Below are positions 8,275 through 17,949 of a stretch of 26,602 bases of DNA, in pieces. The position numbers were made by a program, and so were the translations under genes. The stretch is taken from positions 1-26,602 of the IMG/VR virus record IMGVR_UViG_3300021373_000811, one strand, 5' to 3'. Below the pieces are notes generated by a model. The model did not search any database. It saw only the letters and a list, made by a program, of their open reading frames with translations, and was not told where the DNA came from. The DNA comes from a virus (lineage: Duplodnaviria > Caudoviricetes). Positions within the stretch are counted from its first letter, which is position 1; each line of letters opens with the position of its first letter.

Positions 8275-9045
8275 TTAACTTCCCTTAACAGGACTCTTAT
8301 CACCGTTAGATAGATTGTCTGCACCATTACGAGCAGGTGCCTGCTTCATATCTTTACCGCCCGCCTTGAAAGTTTTCTTGTGACCATCTTCTTCGTCGTC
8401 TTCGTATTTCTTCTCAGACTTCTTATGCTTCGCAATAAACTCTTTAGACTTCGGTGATTCTTTAGAGTCAATCTTTTCACCCTCAAGTGCATTCGCCTTT
8501 GGGTTCGCTGCCTCTTGCAACTGGGCCCAGAAGTCTTCGAAAGTTTCTGCAAGGTCCAAACCACCTACAGGATTGTAGGAATCGGATACCGCACTGAAAC
8601 TCACGTATACACGTTTGAAAGTGCCATTATTACTCTGGTGGAACTGAGAGATTGCTTCACTAGAAGAATCACCACGACCACGACCGATTACTTTCTTAGT
8701 ACCGCTTGAAGTAGTACCGTAGATAGTGTATAGACCTTCGTCTAGGTTTTCTTCTTGAACGCCTTCGATTTTAGAAATCTCAGCACTCTTACCACCTTTC
8801 TTTTTCTTCGCGTCGATGGCGTCGTCAGTCGCCGCGCGCTTCTTGTGTAGATATTCGTCAGAAGAATCAACATCACCATCATTATCGATGTCCTTGTCTT
8901 CACGATCTTTGAACTCTTTATCGTTCTCTTTATCGTCTACAGGGTCGAGTTTTTTCTTCTCTTGGATATCTAGTTCTTCAACTTGCTCAGAGACCGACTG
9001 CTTCATAGACAAGTAAGCCTCCATAACTTTATTAATGTTTGACAT
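8275..9045 (-). CDS. Highly charged putative virion/internal protein with EF-hand-like loop
   Basis: 256 aa, D/E/K rich, DIDNDGDVDSSDEY loop, GGAG RBS upstream. Confidence 0.7.
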   Translation of the reverse strand: MSNINKVMEAYLSMKQSVSEQVEELDIQEKKKLDPVDDKENDKEFKDREDKDIDNDGDVDSSDEYLHKKRAATDDAIDAKKKKGGKSAEISKIEGVQEENLDEGLYTIYGTTSSGTKKVIGRGRGDSSSEAISQFHQSNNGTFKRVYVSFSAVSDSYNPVGGLDLAETFEDFWAQLQEAANPKANALEGEKIDSKESPKSKEFIAKHKKSEKKYEDDEEDGHKKTFKAGGKDMKQAPARNGADNLSNGDKSPVKGS

Positions 9046-9067
9046 TATTGTCAGTCTCCTTCAATTA

Positions 9068-9382
9068 TTACCCTACGTCAAAAAATACTTTGACGATGAT
9101 ACCAGCAAAAATAGTCATAGTAAGTGTAATTATATATTGCATTACTTTGACTGTCTTTCCTTGTTCTTTTAGTTCATCTTCAATGTCATCCATTCGTTGG
9201 GAGAATCTGTTCATTCTCTCGAAATGTTGTTGTGACGACTTGTCGATGTTAATAAGTTTTTCCTCGGCGCGAGCAAGGTTAATCATCGCGTCAGAAAGCT
9301 TATCAATTTTATCCTCGATTCTTGCGAGGCGCTGTTCTTCACGTTGCACATGCTCATGTAAGATATTGTTATTATCTGCCAT
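9068..9382 (-). CDS. Coiled-coil protein with C-terminal transmembrane helix
   Basis: Heptad-like RLARIEDKIDKLSDAMINLARAEEKL; hydrophobic C-terminus YIITLTMTIFAGIIVKVFF. Confidence 0.75.
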   Translation of the reverse strand: MADNNNILHEHVQREEQRLARIEDKIDKLSDAMINLARAEEKLINIDKSSQQHFERMNRFSQRMDDIEDELKEQGKTVKVMQYIITLTMTIFAGIIVKVFFDVG

Positions 9383-9449
9383 TTTCGGTTAAACCCATTA
9401 AAGTGTATTGTATAAGTCATATAACGACTTAACTGTTAAAAGGTACATC

Positions 9450-9457
9450 TATTTATA
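9450..9457 (-). promoter_or_regulatory. T4-type late promoter TATAAATA
   Basis: Exact T4 gp55 consensus in an intergenic gap, followed by a leader hairpin TAAGTCGT-TAT-ATGACTTA. Confidence 0.8.
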
Positions 9458-9466
9458 ACGTATCAA

Positions 9467-9784
9467 TTACCATGCGCGGCACGACCAATAACGCGCCTTC
9501 CACTTCGGGCCAGGGTCTGCACAATTGTGTCTCGCCCTAAAACTTTTTCTACGAGCAGGGTTGTCTTTCTTAATCTCCATGTTAGGGTCTCCGAATGAAA
9601 CCTTAACTACATTACCCTTTTCGTTCTTGGTGTAAACGTAGAACTTCTTAGAACCTCCACGCACAGGTTTGTTCAAGGTAACCGTCTTACCCTGATACTC
9701 TGCCTCGGTCAGTTCTAATTCTTCGTCGAGTGACGCACACGCCTCACAACAACCTTCTTCTACGTACTGCTTAAACTTTTTCAC
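9467..9784 (-). CDS. Basic putative internal head protein
   Basis: MKKFKQYVEE start; basic domain KVSFGDP...RRKSFRARHNC...ARYWSC. Confidence 0.75.
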   Translation of the reverse strand: MKKFKQYVEEGCCEACASLDEELELTEAEYQGKTVTLNKPVRGGSKKFYVYTKNEKGNVVKVSFGDPNMEIKKDNPARRKSFRARHNCADPGPKWKARYWSCRAW

Positions 9785-10377
9785 TATTTCTTTATTCCTC
9801 GGCGAGCAAGGTCTTTCTTATATGCATCACGTCTTGCTTGTCTATTTGCACCAACCTTAGCATTAGGGTTACGACCTTTCTTCATTTGACTCGCCACACC
9901 AAACTGGTCTGCCGTTCTTTGAATATTCTCATCAACTAGGTCTTCGGTCTTCACTGATTCAAGTGCACCCGCAGGTTGACCTTGTTTCTGATTAATGTCT
10001 AATGAAACCCTAGATTTTGGATGTTCAGATCGCATCTTCTTCAATGCTTCACGGCTGTTTCTTGCCTTGGTTTTGACAGTCATAGAACCACGACCGTCAC
10101 CTACCTTTACAAAGAAGATCTTGTTCTCTTCAAGATCGACTGACTCTTTCTGCATCGCATTCTTGACGATTGACATGACATTTGCTTTTGTTGGTTTTGG
10201 GTGACTACCAAGGTCTACAACCTTACCACTCTTAGTCTTTAGAGATAGAGAGTATCCGTCTTGCTTACCACGCATACCCTTGGTGTTTCTCTTAGTAGCT
10301 GTAACAGTACCGTAAGGCGTTTGGTGCGCAATCGCAACGTCACCCACTGCTTCTCTCAATTCCTGAAATGTTTTCAT
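9784..10377 (-). CDS. Basic putative internal head protein
   Basis: Preferred start is the ATG at 10377 (MKTFQELREA) after a GAGGA RBS. The ORF-track start at 10422 overlaps the upstream gene. Confidence 0.75.
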   Translation of the reverse strand: MKTFQELREAVGDVAIAHQTPYGTVTATKRNTKGMRGKQDGYSLSLKTKSGKVVDLGSHPKPTKANVMSIVKNAMQKESVDLEENKIFFVKVGDGRGSMTVKTKARNSREALKKMRSEHPKSRVSLDINQKQGQPAGALESVKTEDLVDENIQRTADQFGVASQMKKGRNPNAKVGANRQARRDAYKKDLARRGIKK

Positions 10378-10378
10378 T

Positions 10379-10567
10379 TTAACTTCCTCTACTTGCGCCT
10401 CGAAATACCTTCGTTCCCGCAACTGGATTGACTGTTTTTATATTACTACCCTTGCTATTTAGTGGGTTAAAATTCAGTCCCCCGTAGTTGTTGTCGGACG
10501 CCTGTTGCAGTCTTTGTTTCTTCGCAGCAGACATTTTCTTATTACGTGGTTTCTTCGATTTGCTCAT
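10379..10567 (-). CDS. Small basic hypothetical protein
   Basis: 62 aa, K/R rich, AAGGA RBS upstream. Confidence 0.65.
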   Translation of the reverse strand: MSKSKKPRNKKMSAAKKQRLQQASDNNYGGLNFNPLNSKGSNIKTVNPVAGTKVFRGASRGS

Positions 10568-10576
10568 ATGTTGTCC

Positions 10577-12277
10577 TTATAGTAATTGCACCGATTCGAT
10601 TGTTGACTGTCCGTCGTTATTGAACACTCTAATGGTGATTCTTGAATTACCACTGACCAACGGTATTGTCACATCGAAAGTGTCCGTCCCTCTAGTGTTT
10701 AAAACAATATCACTCCACTGAGATGATGATGTAGATTCGTAAGCATATCCATTAGTTTGGTACACACGGATTGTACCATAATTACTATTGTGAACGTAGT
10801 TACCTGTGATTCTAACTGAGGTTGCGCCTGTCATATCTGGTTCAATCCACCAGCTACCAGTTGACCATTGCGGAGCGACGACTCGCAGACCTTCTGCAAC
10901 AATCGATGCTGTTGGATTTGTAGTTCCCGCGTTCTCATCTTGTTTACCATTACTCCAGTTCCAGTCTCCGAACGAGATACTACCCGTTGCAGTTCCGGTA
11001 CCACCGTCAGCGACTGCACCGTTAAGTAGGTATGGAATGTCTGGGTCACCGGATGGACTGAAATCTGCGGTATACTTTGCGTAGTTGGAGTATTGCGGGT
11101 CACTCAAATATCCGTGTAAGAAGTTTTCAATTCCACCATTATTTGCATTCACATTACCTACACCCAAGTACTTGATTGGAGTGTCGAAAGATCCTGTATA
11201 GTTTAGAGTGCCTCTTGCAACACCATTAATGTACATGGTGATAACATCACTAGACCTAACAACCGCAACGTGGTTCCAATCGTTTAATACTACGTTAACC
11301 CCACTGAAAATTTCTTGTCTTGGAGATGGTCCACCGATTTGGAATACAAGTTCGGTAGAGGTGTTGTTCTGATTAATTCTCCAAGTGTTTGGTTCGTCAT
11401 AAGCACCTGCTTCAACGATACGGGCCCAAGAGTCGTTGACCGATGAGAATTTGTACCAAGTCTCGAACGTAAAGTCGTCACTACCTGCGGTGTGGTCATT
11501 GACAGGTACATAGTGAGACCCAGTGTAGTATACTTCACCCGAATGTAGACCGAACGTCTCTGGTACAGATGGGGTTTCTGGGACTTCGACTTCTGTGGTG
11601 ATATGGAATCCATACAATGCGCCGTTGAACCACTCTGGGCCATTCACCCATCCACCGATTTGAATTTCGGTCAGTGAACTGAAGTTAGCGGTCTCTGGGA
11701 AACTCATGTACTCTATACCATTTAAGTATATCGTCATTGTCCCTGCCGCGCGGACCATAGTGAAGTTATACCAAGTATCCACATCTAGTGTCAGTGTAGA
11801 CACCTGCATATTGTTACCACCACCACGGAAGTACTTTAGTTTTCCGTTAGACTCAATCCTTAGAATAGGGCCGCCTTGGTCTCTCTGCGCAAATACGTTC
11901 TGAGGAGAACCACTGCCGCGTGTAAGGAACCAACCTTCAATCATAAAGTCGCCAGTGCCATACTTGAGTGCAGTAGGGTGTTCTATCTTGATGTAGTCTG
12001 AGCTACCATCAAACTGAATGATTGGTCGTCCGGTCTCACCATCTATCGCATCAACTGCCGTATCAGCAGTGACACCATTACCGTGCACGGTAAGGACAGA
12101 ATCTCCTTGGACGTGTTCATATGGTTCGTCTGACAAACCTAAACCCAAAGAAATAAGACTGTATGAGTTGACCCAAGATGGAGTTTCTACACTTGGGACT
12201 GGTGGGTTATCCGCATCAACTCCAGAAATTACTGCCCCAGAACTAACAACGGCGGTAGATGAAATTATGTTTGCCAT
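10577..12277 (-). CDS. LamG/concanavalin A-like tandem-domain protein, probable virion surface protein
   Basis: Two repeats of the LamG pattern: FDGSSDY...GDFMIEGWF...WYNFTMVR...IYLNG and DFTFETWY...WNHVAVVR...MYING...AKYTADF; Pro-rich linkers. Confidence 0.8.
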   Translation of the reverse strand: MANIISSTAVVSSGAVISGVDADNPPVPSVETPSWVNSYSLISLGLGLSDEPYEHVQGDSVLTVHGNGVTADTAVDAIDGETGRPIIQFDGSSDYIKIEHPTALKYGTGDFMIEGWFLTRGSGSPQNVFAQRDQGGPILRIESNGKLKYFRGGGNNMQVSTLTLDVDTWYNFTMVRAAGTMTIYLNGIEYMSFPETANFSSLTEIQIGGWVNGPEWFNGALYGFHITTEVEVPETPSVPETFGLHSGEVYYTGSHYVPVNDHTAGSDDFTFETWYKFSSVNDSWARIVEAGAYDEPNTWRINQNNTSTELVFQIGGPSPRQEIFSGVNVVLNDWNHVAVVRSSDVITMYINGVARGTLNYTGSFDTPIKYLGVGNVNANNGGIENFLHGYLSDPQYSNYAKYTADFSPSGDPDIPYLLNGAVADGGTGTATGSISFGDWNWSNGKQDENAGTTNPTASIVAEGLRVVAPQWSTGSWWIEPDMTGATSVRITGNYVHNSNYGTIRVYQTNGYAYESTSSSQWSDIVLNTRGTDTFDVTIPLVSGNSRITIRVFNNDGQSTIESVQLL

Positions 12278-12286
12278 TCCTGTACC

Positions 12287-12733
12287 TTATGTTATGTAAC
12301 AGTTTAATTCGTATCGACGGTTATCTAAGTTAGTTACCTGTACCGCCAATCTCTTATTCTTTTGACCAACCAACTTCAAGGTGAAACTATTAGTTTTACC
12401 ATTAGATGGTTTCTTTGGTCCGGTTGCGACTTTATCGTCGATGTCGCTCTTGTCTACCTCAAAGCCCTTTTTCTTTGCAAATGCATATGACGCCTGCATT
12501 GCATCTGAATATGTCTTGTGGTAGATAGGGTAATCGTTCTTACCTTCTACTGCATATCCCATCTTCTTCAAGTCATCCTTGCTGTAAGATGGTGGTGGTT
12601 TACTGAAAAAATCAGACGACTTCTTAATCTTGTCTAGTCTCTTCTGCGAACCAAGACCATGTTTCGACGCACGTGCGGAAAGACGGTCTTGTGCAGACCG
12701 CCTTGCTTCTCTTATTTCAGTAAACTTTTTCAT
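12287..12733 (-). CDS. Basic putative internal head protein
   Basis: MKKFTEIREA start; K-rich; TAATG coupling to the upstream gene. Confidence 0.72.
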   Translation of the reverse strand: MKKFTEIREARRSAQDRLSARASKHGLGSQKRLDKIKKSSDFFSKPPPSYSKDDLKKMGYAVEGKNDYPIYHKTYSDAMQASYAFAKKKGFEVDKSDIDDKVATGPKKPSNGKTNSFTLKLVGQKNKRLAVQVTNLDNRRYELNCYIT

Positions 12734-15273
12734 TAGTCGTCCGAACTACTAATGCCGCCTGGGAAGTTTGGTCTAGGCAATGTCCAAGAAGTACATCCCT
12801 TATCAAACTGACCGTGCTCTTCAGACTGCGCAACAACCCAAGAAGATAGATCTTGGTTGAAGGACTCTGCGTTCTCAAACATTTCTCCAAAGTCTGTACA
12901 AGAAGAAACGTCCCAAGTTCCGATCGAAGCGCTTCCGCCATTATTAAATGCGGTTGCGTCTTGGAACATTTCGTCAAACTCTTCAACGCTTGAGACATCC
13001 CAGTCACCGATATTTTGATCGAAGACTTCGTTCTCCTCAAACATCTCACTCATGTCTATGACATTCGAAGTGTTCCAATTTCCGATAGGTTGATTGAACG
13101 GAGTTCTATAGAACAGTCTGTCCATATCTGTGACGTTGCTAGTATCCCAATTGTTTATTGAAGGACTTCCGCCATTGTTGAAAGAAGGCGCATCTTCGAA
13201 CATGTATGCCATATTCGTTGCACTAGAAGTGTCCCATCCACCGATGTCTTGGTTAAATGATTGCGCATCATAGAACATGCTATGAAAATTCGTTACACTC
13301 GAAGTGTTCCAATTTCCGATAGGTTGATTGAACTCAGTAGCGCTATAGAAAAAACCTTCCATATCTGTCATATTAGAAGTATCCCATCCGCTGATGTCTT
13401 GGTTAAATGAGGTGTACTTAAACATTTCATATGCTATCTCAACATTTGAGACATCCCAACCACTAAGATCCGATGGCGTAACATCCATACCGCTACACTC
13501 TTCAAACATGCTAGAAGTTCGATTTACTTGCGACATGTCTAAGTGAGTGATATTTAAGTATTCGATGTCCATTCCTTCAAACATAGAACGAGTGCTGGTT
13601 AGTGGTTCTGTCGACGTGAAACCAACGTATGGAATCCATGTATATCCAGCAGGAGCATAGTTCTCTCTCCAATATGAAGCAGTTGGGTCAGTATAAGGGG
13701 CGTTGCCACTAGTGGCTAGGATAGGATATCCATATCTATCCCAAGTGCTATCTAGTTTTGTACGGGTGTATGCCATTCCGCCGCCACCGCCTTGTGTCCA
13801 TGCGGTGAATGTGAATTCATAAAATTCACGTGAGCGCATACACAACATCACAACAGGGCTGAAATTTGATTCTAATATATTACTGCCTATCGACCCTTCG
13901 TACACATCTTCAAATCTCGTAAATGTTAGTGTATTTGGATCATATGTGCCAGATGGAGCAACTGCCCAAAGCGTTCCGGCAGGACTAACATAATCTTCAT
14001 TGTCATATTCACTTTCTAATACAGAGTTGTAAATGCCCTTGTTTGCGGCACGAGTTAATGTCGTAAATTCGTTGATTACGTCATATTGTTGATCGTTGTC
14101 AGCTTGTGAGAACTCGACGGTGTTTGTCTCCATTGACCACGACGTTCCGTTCCAACTGATACCTAGGCCAGGAATATCTTCTGGTTCATATTGATTTCTT
14201 GATCCTACAACACCCATTGTTGGATTTGCCCAAGTTACATTATTGTAAAAGTATCCACTAAAGAAGTGGTCATTGTTACTAGTAGAATATCCACCAAATC
14301 CATTGTCTGCTAATGTAGCTTCACCACCTGTGAATAATGCGAACACTTTCTTACTAACAGGGTCATATCGCATATGATGAATTGCGGATGCTCCACCAGG
14401 CGTGTTAATAGACCTAGTTCCACTTTCACCCCAAGTACCATAAGAGATCCATTGCAACATATCAATAGCATCCCAACCACCATTGTGAGTGATTGCTCGT
14501 CCTGAAGGAGATGCCATAATAAAGTCACCAGCATATGGGTCTACATAAGGATTTGGTGTTTCAGGTGCTGTTTGAGTTAATGGTAGAAGGTTAGTGATTG
14601 TTCCACCTAATCCGGTCACACCCTGATCTTCGTATGTATTTGTCTTTGAGTAATTCCACCCATGAATCTCTACACCTGTTCCGTCTCCCATGATCACTGA
14701 ATCATCTGCATAGGCAAAGAATGTTAAATCTGCACCCTCGAAATGAGTGGCTGGCCATTTAACACTTGTTGAGTGAGTTGGATGCGCCCCTGCTTGTGCT
14801 GTAGACACGAACTCTCCGTCTTTAAAGACCGCAGTTCTTCCTAGATTCCCATCGCGGACAATTGTTAAACGATGAGGCGACCCTGTCCATCCGTTACTGT
14901 TAGCTCCAAATAAGAAATTATTATATCCATCAGTCGTAGTGCCACTTGAACTTGTAACCATACTTACAGCATCACCACCATTCGTGGTATACATCGAAAG
15001 ACCACCATACTTCTTGTCTGGCGTTCCACCCAAAGTGAAGATATTTCTATATTGGTTGTCATTAGGTGCTGTAAATTCAACTTCGAATGTCCAACTAGTG
15101 AATCCGTCTTGTACGATTGAGAAATCGCCTTCGATATGAACAGGCCCATCTGCCCCTAATAAGTGGTATTGCGTTTCTGGCGCTGGGCCAGTTACTGGTG
15201 GGTTATCTGCGTCAACACCAGCAATGACCATGCCAGCATTAACAACAGCACCCGCTAAAATTTGATTTGCCAT
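12733..15273 (-). CDS. Large surface-type protein with beta-rich N-terminal domains and C-terminal DUF285/BspA-like repeats
   Basis: About 8 units of FNQxIxxWdTSxVxxMxxMF in the last ~280 aa; LamG-like N-terminal region (WTFEVEF...HRLTIVR...VFKDG). Confidence 0.82.
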   Translation of the reverse strand: MANQILAGAVVNAGMVIAGVDADNPPVTGPAPETQYHLLGADGPVHIEGDFSIVQDGFTSWTFEVEFTAPNDNQYRNIFTLGGTPDKKYGGLSMYTTNGGDAVSMVTSSSGTTTDGYNNFLFGANSNGWTGSPHRLTIVRDGNLGRTAVFKDGEFVSTAQAGAHPTHSTSVKWPATHFEGADLTFFAYADDSVIMGDGTGVEIHGWNYSKTNTYEDQGVTGLGGTITNLLPLTQTAPETPNPYVDPYAGDFIMASPSGRAITHNGGWDAIDMLQWISYGTWGESGTRSINTPGGASAIHHMRYDPVSKKVFALFTGGEATLADNGFGGYSTSNNDHFFSGYFYNNVTWANPTMGVVGSRNQYEPEDIPGLGISWNGTSWSMETNTVEFSQADNDQQYDVINEFTTLTRAANKGIYNSVLESEYDNEDYVSPAGTLWAVAPSGTYDPNTLTFTRFEDVYEGSIGSNILESNFSPVVMLCMRSREFYEFTFTAWTQGGGGGMAYTRTKLDSTWDRYGYPILATSGNAPYTDPTASYWRENYAPAGYTWIPYVGFTSTEPLTSTRSMFEGMDIEYLNITHLDMSQVNRTSSMFEECSGMDVTPSDLSGWDVSNVEIAYEMFKYTSFNQDISGWDTSNMTDMEGFFYSATEFNQPIGNWNTSSVTNFHSMFYDAQSFNQDIGGWDTSSATNMAYMFEDAPSFNNGGSPSINNWDTSNVTDMDRLFYRTPFNQPIGNWNTSNVIDMSEMFEENEVFDQNIGDWDVSSVEEFDEMFQDATAFNNGGSASIGTWDVSSCTDFGEMFENAESFNQDLSSWVVAQSEEHGQFDKGCTSWTLPRPNFPGGISSSDD
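13065..13333. repeat. 35-nt exact direct repeat inside the DUF285-type repeat region
   Basis: tcgaagtgttccaatttccgataggttgattgaac at 13065-13099 and 13299-13333. An 18-nt repeat gatgtcttggttaaatga also occurs at 13243-13260 and 13393-13410. Confidence 0.9.
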
Positions 15274-15299
15274 TTTTGTTTAAAACCTCTGTTTAAGTT

Positions 15300-15575
15300 T
15301 TATGCTAAGTCTTTGTCATGGTTCAGGTTGCCTTTCTTCTTCTTAACGATGAAAGCGTTAACCCTTGCCATTCCCCATTGTTGCGGTGTGGTGCCTGGCC
15401 GATGACCAGTCTTCCATGCCGCAACACCTCTATTATAAACCTTGCGAAGTGTGTCTGGTGAGATACCCGACTTCTTCGCCTTCGATGCGATACCGTCTGG
15501 ACCTTCTTCCAAGTTACCCATGTCATCATACATAGAGTATCTCTTTTCTTCAAGGTATACTTTAAACGAAATCAT
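15300..15575 (-). CDS. Small basic putative internal head protein
   Basis: MISFKVYLEE start; domain KAKKSGISPDTLRKVYNRGVAAW...QQWGMARVNAFI. Confidence 0.75.
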   Translation of the reverse strand: MISFKVYLEEKRYSMYDDMGNLEEGPDGIASKAKKSGISPDTLRKVYNRGVAAWKTGHRPGTTPQQWGMARVNAFIVKKKKGNLNHDKDLA

Positions 15576-17464
15576 TTATCCATCTCTCTATTACGAGCCT
15601 TGGCGCGTGATATACGTGCACGTTTTAACATCATTTGATGTTTTCTCTTATCAAACTCTTTCTCACGTGCGATAGCGGAACGTACATTAGACACTGCATC
15701 AATGTCTTCGCTCATAAGGTCTGCAAGTGCACGTGCGTTAATTCCCTTCAGGTTATACTTACGAATGACTTCTGCTGCGTAGTAACCATCACTGTGTTTA
15801 TGTGATGACTTTGCCTTCATGTCTTTCGCAACCTTTGCGATTTTTTCATACTCACTGCGTTTGATAGTCTTAGACGCTAGACGTGCAAGGTCATGTGCCC
15901 ATGAACGTTCATCAATCTCCATGTGTGGAGTATCTTTGACGTACTTCTTCTTGAGTTTGTCGGTTCCCCACTCACCTGCACCGTGTTCTTCTTTGACGCA
16001 GTTAGGGACCATCTTATCACCCTTTTTCTTCATACCAACCTGCTTGTAACCATCCCAACAGTCTTCGTCGTACATGTCCTTAAACGACTTAGTGTACTTG
16101 GATGGTTTAGTCTTCGCTCCCTTATCGCCTGGGGCTGGTTGATATGCGGACGCATCATTGTCTGCCTTCTTACCGTGTTTCTTGAAGTGCGCATCGCGCT
16201 TGTCCTTGGTGGACTTCTTCAATCCCGCATGGTAACGTGCAGGTTGTGTGCCTTCCTTGTCCTTTATATCTGGGTCTTGACGGGCACCTTCGTACGCAAC
16301 AACAGGGTTCGATGTTTTGAAACCTTTCTTACGCATGATGGTCTTATTGACCACTTCGAACTCACCGTTCTTGTAATTGATTGCAACAGGTAGGTTTAGG
16401 TCACTCTGCACATCTTTCAGTACGGCTTCTGCGTCACCGTGTTTCTTGATGTTGCGACCTTTCTCTTTTGCGATTTTCTTGAACAGACGCTGAATCTCCG
16501 CAACCTTAATCTGTGGTTGGTTACGTTTGTCATTCATGCGGTCTGCAAAATGGCGAGTAAACTCGATGTCGATGTCGAACTTTTTCAACAGACGGTCACC
16601 AAATTTCTCTAGGTCTTTGATTTGTGTTTGAGAAACATCTTCACTCAAGGGCTCAACTGCGTCTAACCACTTACGCATTCTCTTACCTTCATGTGTCTCT
16701 ACAATCACATAGTTTGCACCTAAGACGGTAACGGTGGCAAGTTCGTCAGACTCTTTTACTACCACCGTGTCGCCCATCTCGAACAGTTCACCCGCGACAA
16801 ACATTTCGCGGGTATTCGATACTGATTCAAGAGTTAGGTGATTGCGGAATTCTTTTTCTTCGGTCAGGCCCATACCCTTACGCACGTCATTGAATAGTTT
16901 ACGTGCATCCTTGTTGGACATTGACTTTGGGACGCCTTGCGAGAATGTGACAAAATCATTCTTCGAGGCGTTTTCTCTCTGCTTGGATGCGGACATACCT
17001 TCCACACCCTCAGCATCTGGATCTCTCTTACCGGCAGATACTATATTAATACTCTTAAAGTTGTAAAACCCATGTCGGGCCTTCACTCCATTGTACTTTT
17101 TAAACAGAACGTCGAATTCTCTAATCCTGTCTTCTCCGACGACCATAGTCACCGAGCGGTAACCTTGGTCATACAGAGAGACAAGTGCGTTGATTGCGGT
17201 CTTTACCGACTTATCAACCATAACATTACGCGCATGTTTTGGAAACATCTTGCGGACGTGTTTAATCTTATCTTGATACGACAACGGATTCTTCTTTGCG
17301 TCCGTTGACTGAGATACGAATACTTTGTAGTCTGCTTTACCAGACTTGGTCGCCAATGCATCCATTACCTTACCATGTCCAATGGTGGGTGGATTCATAC
17401 GACCGAACGTGAAGAATACCTCACGCTCCTCTTCGATTAGGTACTGAGAAAAATTCTTAATCAT
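15572..17464 (-). CDS. HIGH-superfamily nucleotidyltransferase (cytidylyltransferase-like) multi-module protein
   Basis: FTFGRMNPPTIGH, KNPLSY, VVGEDR and GMSASKQR in the first ~200 aa, followed by several distinct modules; MIKNFSQYLIEE start. Confidence 0.82.
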   Translation of the reverse strand: MIKNFSQYLIEEEREVFFTFGRMNPPTIGHGKVMDALATKSGKADYKVFVSQSTDAKKNPLSYQDKIKHVRKMFPKHARNVMVDKSVKTAINALVSLYDQGYRSVTMVVGEDRIREFDVLFKKYNGVKARHGFYNFKSINIVSAGKRDPDAEGVEGMSASKQRENASKNDFVTFSQGVPKSMSNKDARKLFNDVRKGMGLTEEKEFRNHLTLESVSNTREMFVAGELFEMGDTVVVKESDELATVTVLGANYVIVETHEGKRMRKWLDAVEPLSEDVSQTQIKDLEKFGDRLLKKFDIDIEFTRHFADRMNDKRNQPQIKVAEIQRLFKKIAKEKGRNIKKHGDAEAVLKDVQSDLNLPVAINYKNGEFEVVNKTIMRKKGFKTSNPVVAYEGARQDPDIKDKEGTQPARYHAGLKKSTKDKRDAHFKKHGKKADNDASAYQPAPGDKGAKTKPSKYTKSFKDMYDEDCWDGYKQVGMKKKGDKMVPNCVKEEHGAGEWGTDKLKKKYVKDTPHMEIDERSWAHDLARLASKTIKRSEYEKIAKVAKDMKAKSSHKHSDGYYAAEVIRKYNLKGINARALADLMSEDIDAVSNVRSAIAREKEFDKRKHQMMLKRARISRAKARNREMDK

Positions 17465-17919
17465 TTAGACTGACCGCCACCACGCTTCTTCTGGATTTCG
17501 TCACGTCTAACTTTAGGTAGATTCTTGCGGGCCGCACGTGCAATCTTTGCTTGCATCGCCGGTTTTTCTAAGCGCTTCTCGATTTCTTTTCTGCGAGACA
17601 TAGTCAAATCTGATTTAGGGACGCCCTTAACCAGTTTTGAGAATAGTGCCTTCCTCGCTTGTTTACGCGCACGGACCTTTAACTTGTCTAGGTTTGCGAC
17701 TTTACGCGCTGCACGTTTACGGCCGATTGCAATTCGAGCCTTATGCCTCTTCATGCGAATCGCCAACTTACGACGCTGTTGGATATCTAACGCCTCGTCG
17801 TATTTTCCGTTTCTGCGCTTCTGCGCATTGTACGATACTTGCGGATCTTTACCGTCCTTACCATTATCGGTAGTATAATCTGCATCAGTAAAGTGTTTAA
17901 ATGACAGAACTTTTGTCAT
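17461..17919 (-). CDS. Very basic helical protein, putative internal head protein
   Basis: 152 aa, extremely R/K rich after YDEA; GAGGA RBS; MTKVLSFKHFTDA start. Confidence 0.75.
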   Translation of the reverse strand: MTKVLSFKHFTDADYTTDNGKDGKDPQVSYNAQKRRNGKYDEALDIQQRRKLAIRMKRHKARIAIGRKRAARKVANLDKLKVRARKQARKALFSKLVKGVPKSDLTMSRRKEIEKRLEKPAMQAKIARAARKNLPKVRRDEIQKKRGGGQSK

Positions 17920-17949
17920 CTAATTAGTCCTCTATTGGTTTATTCCATA

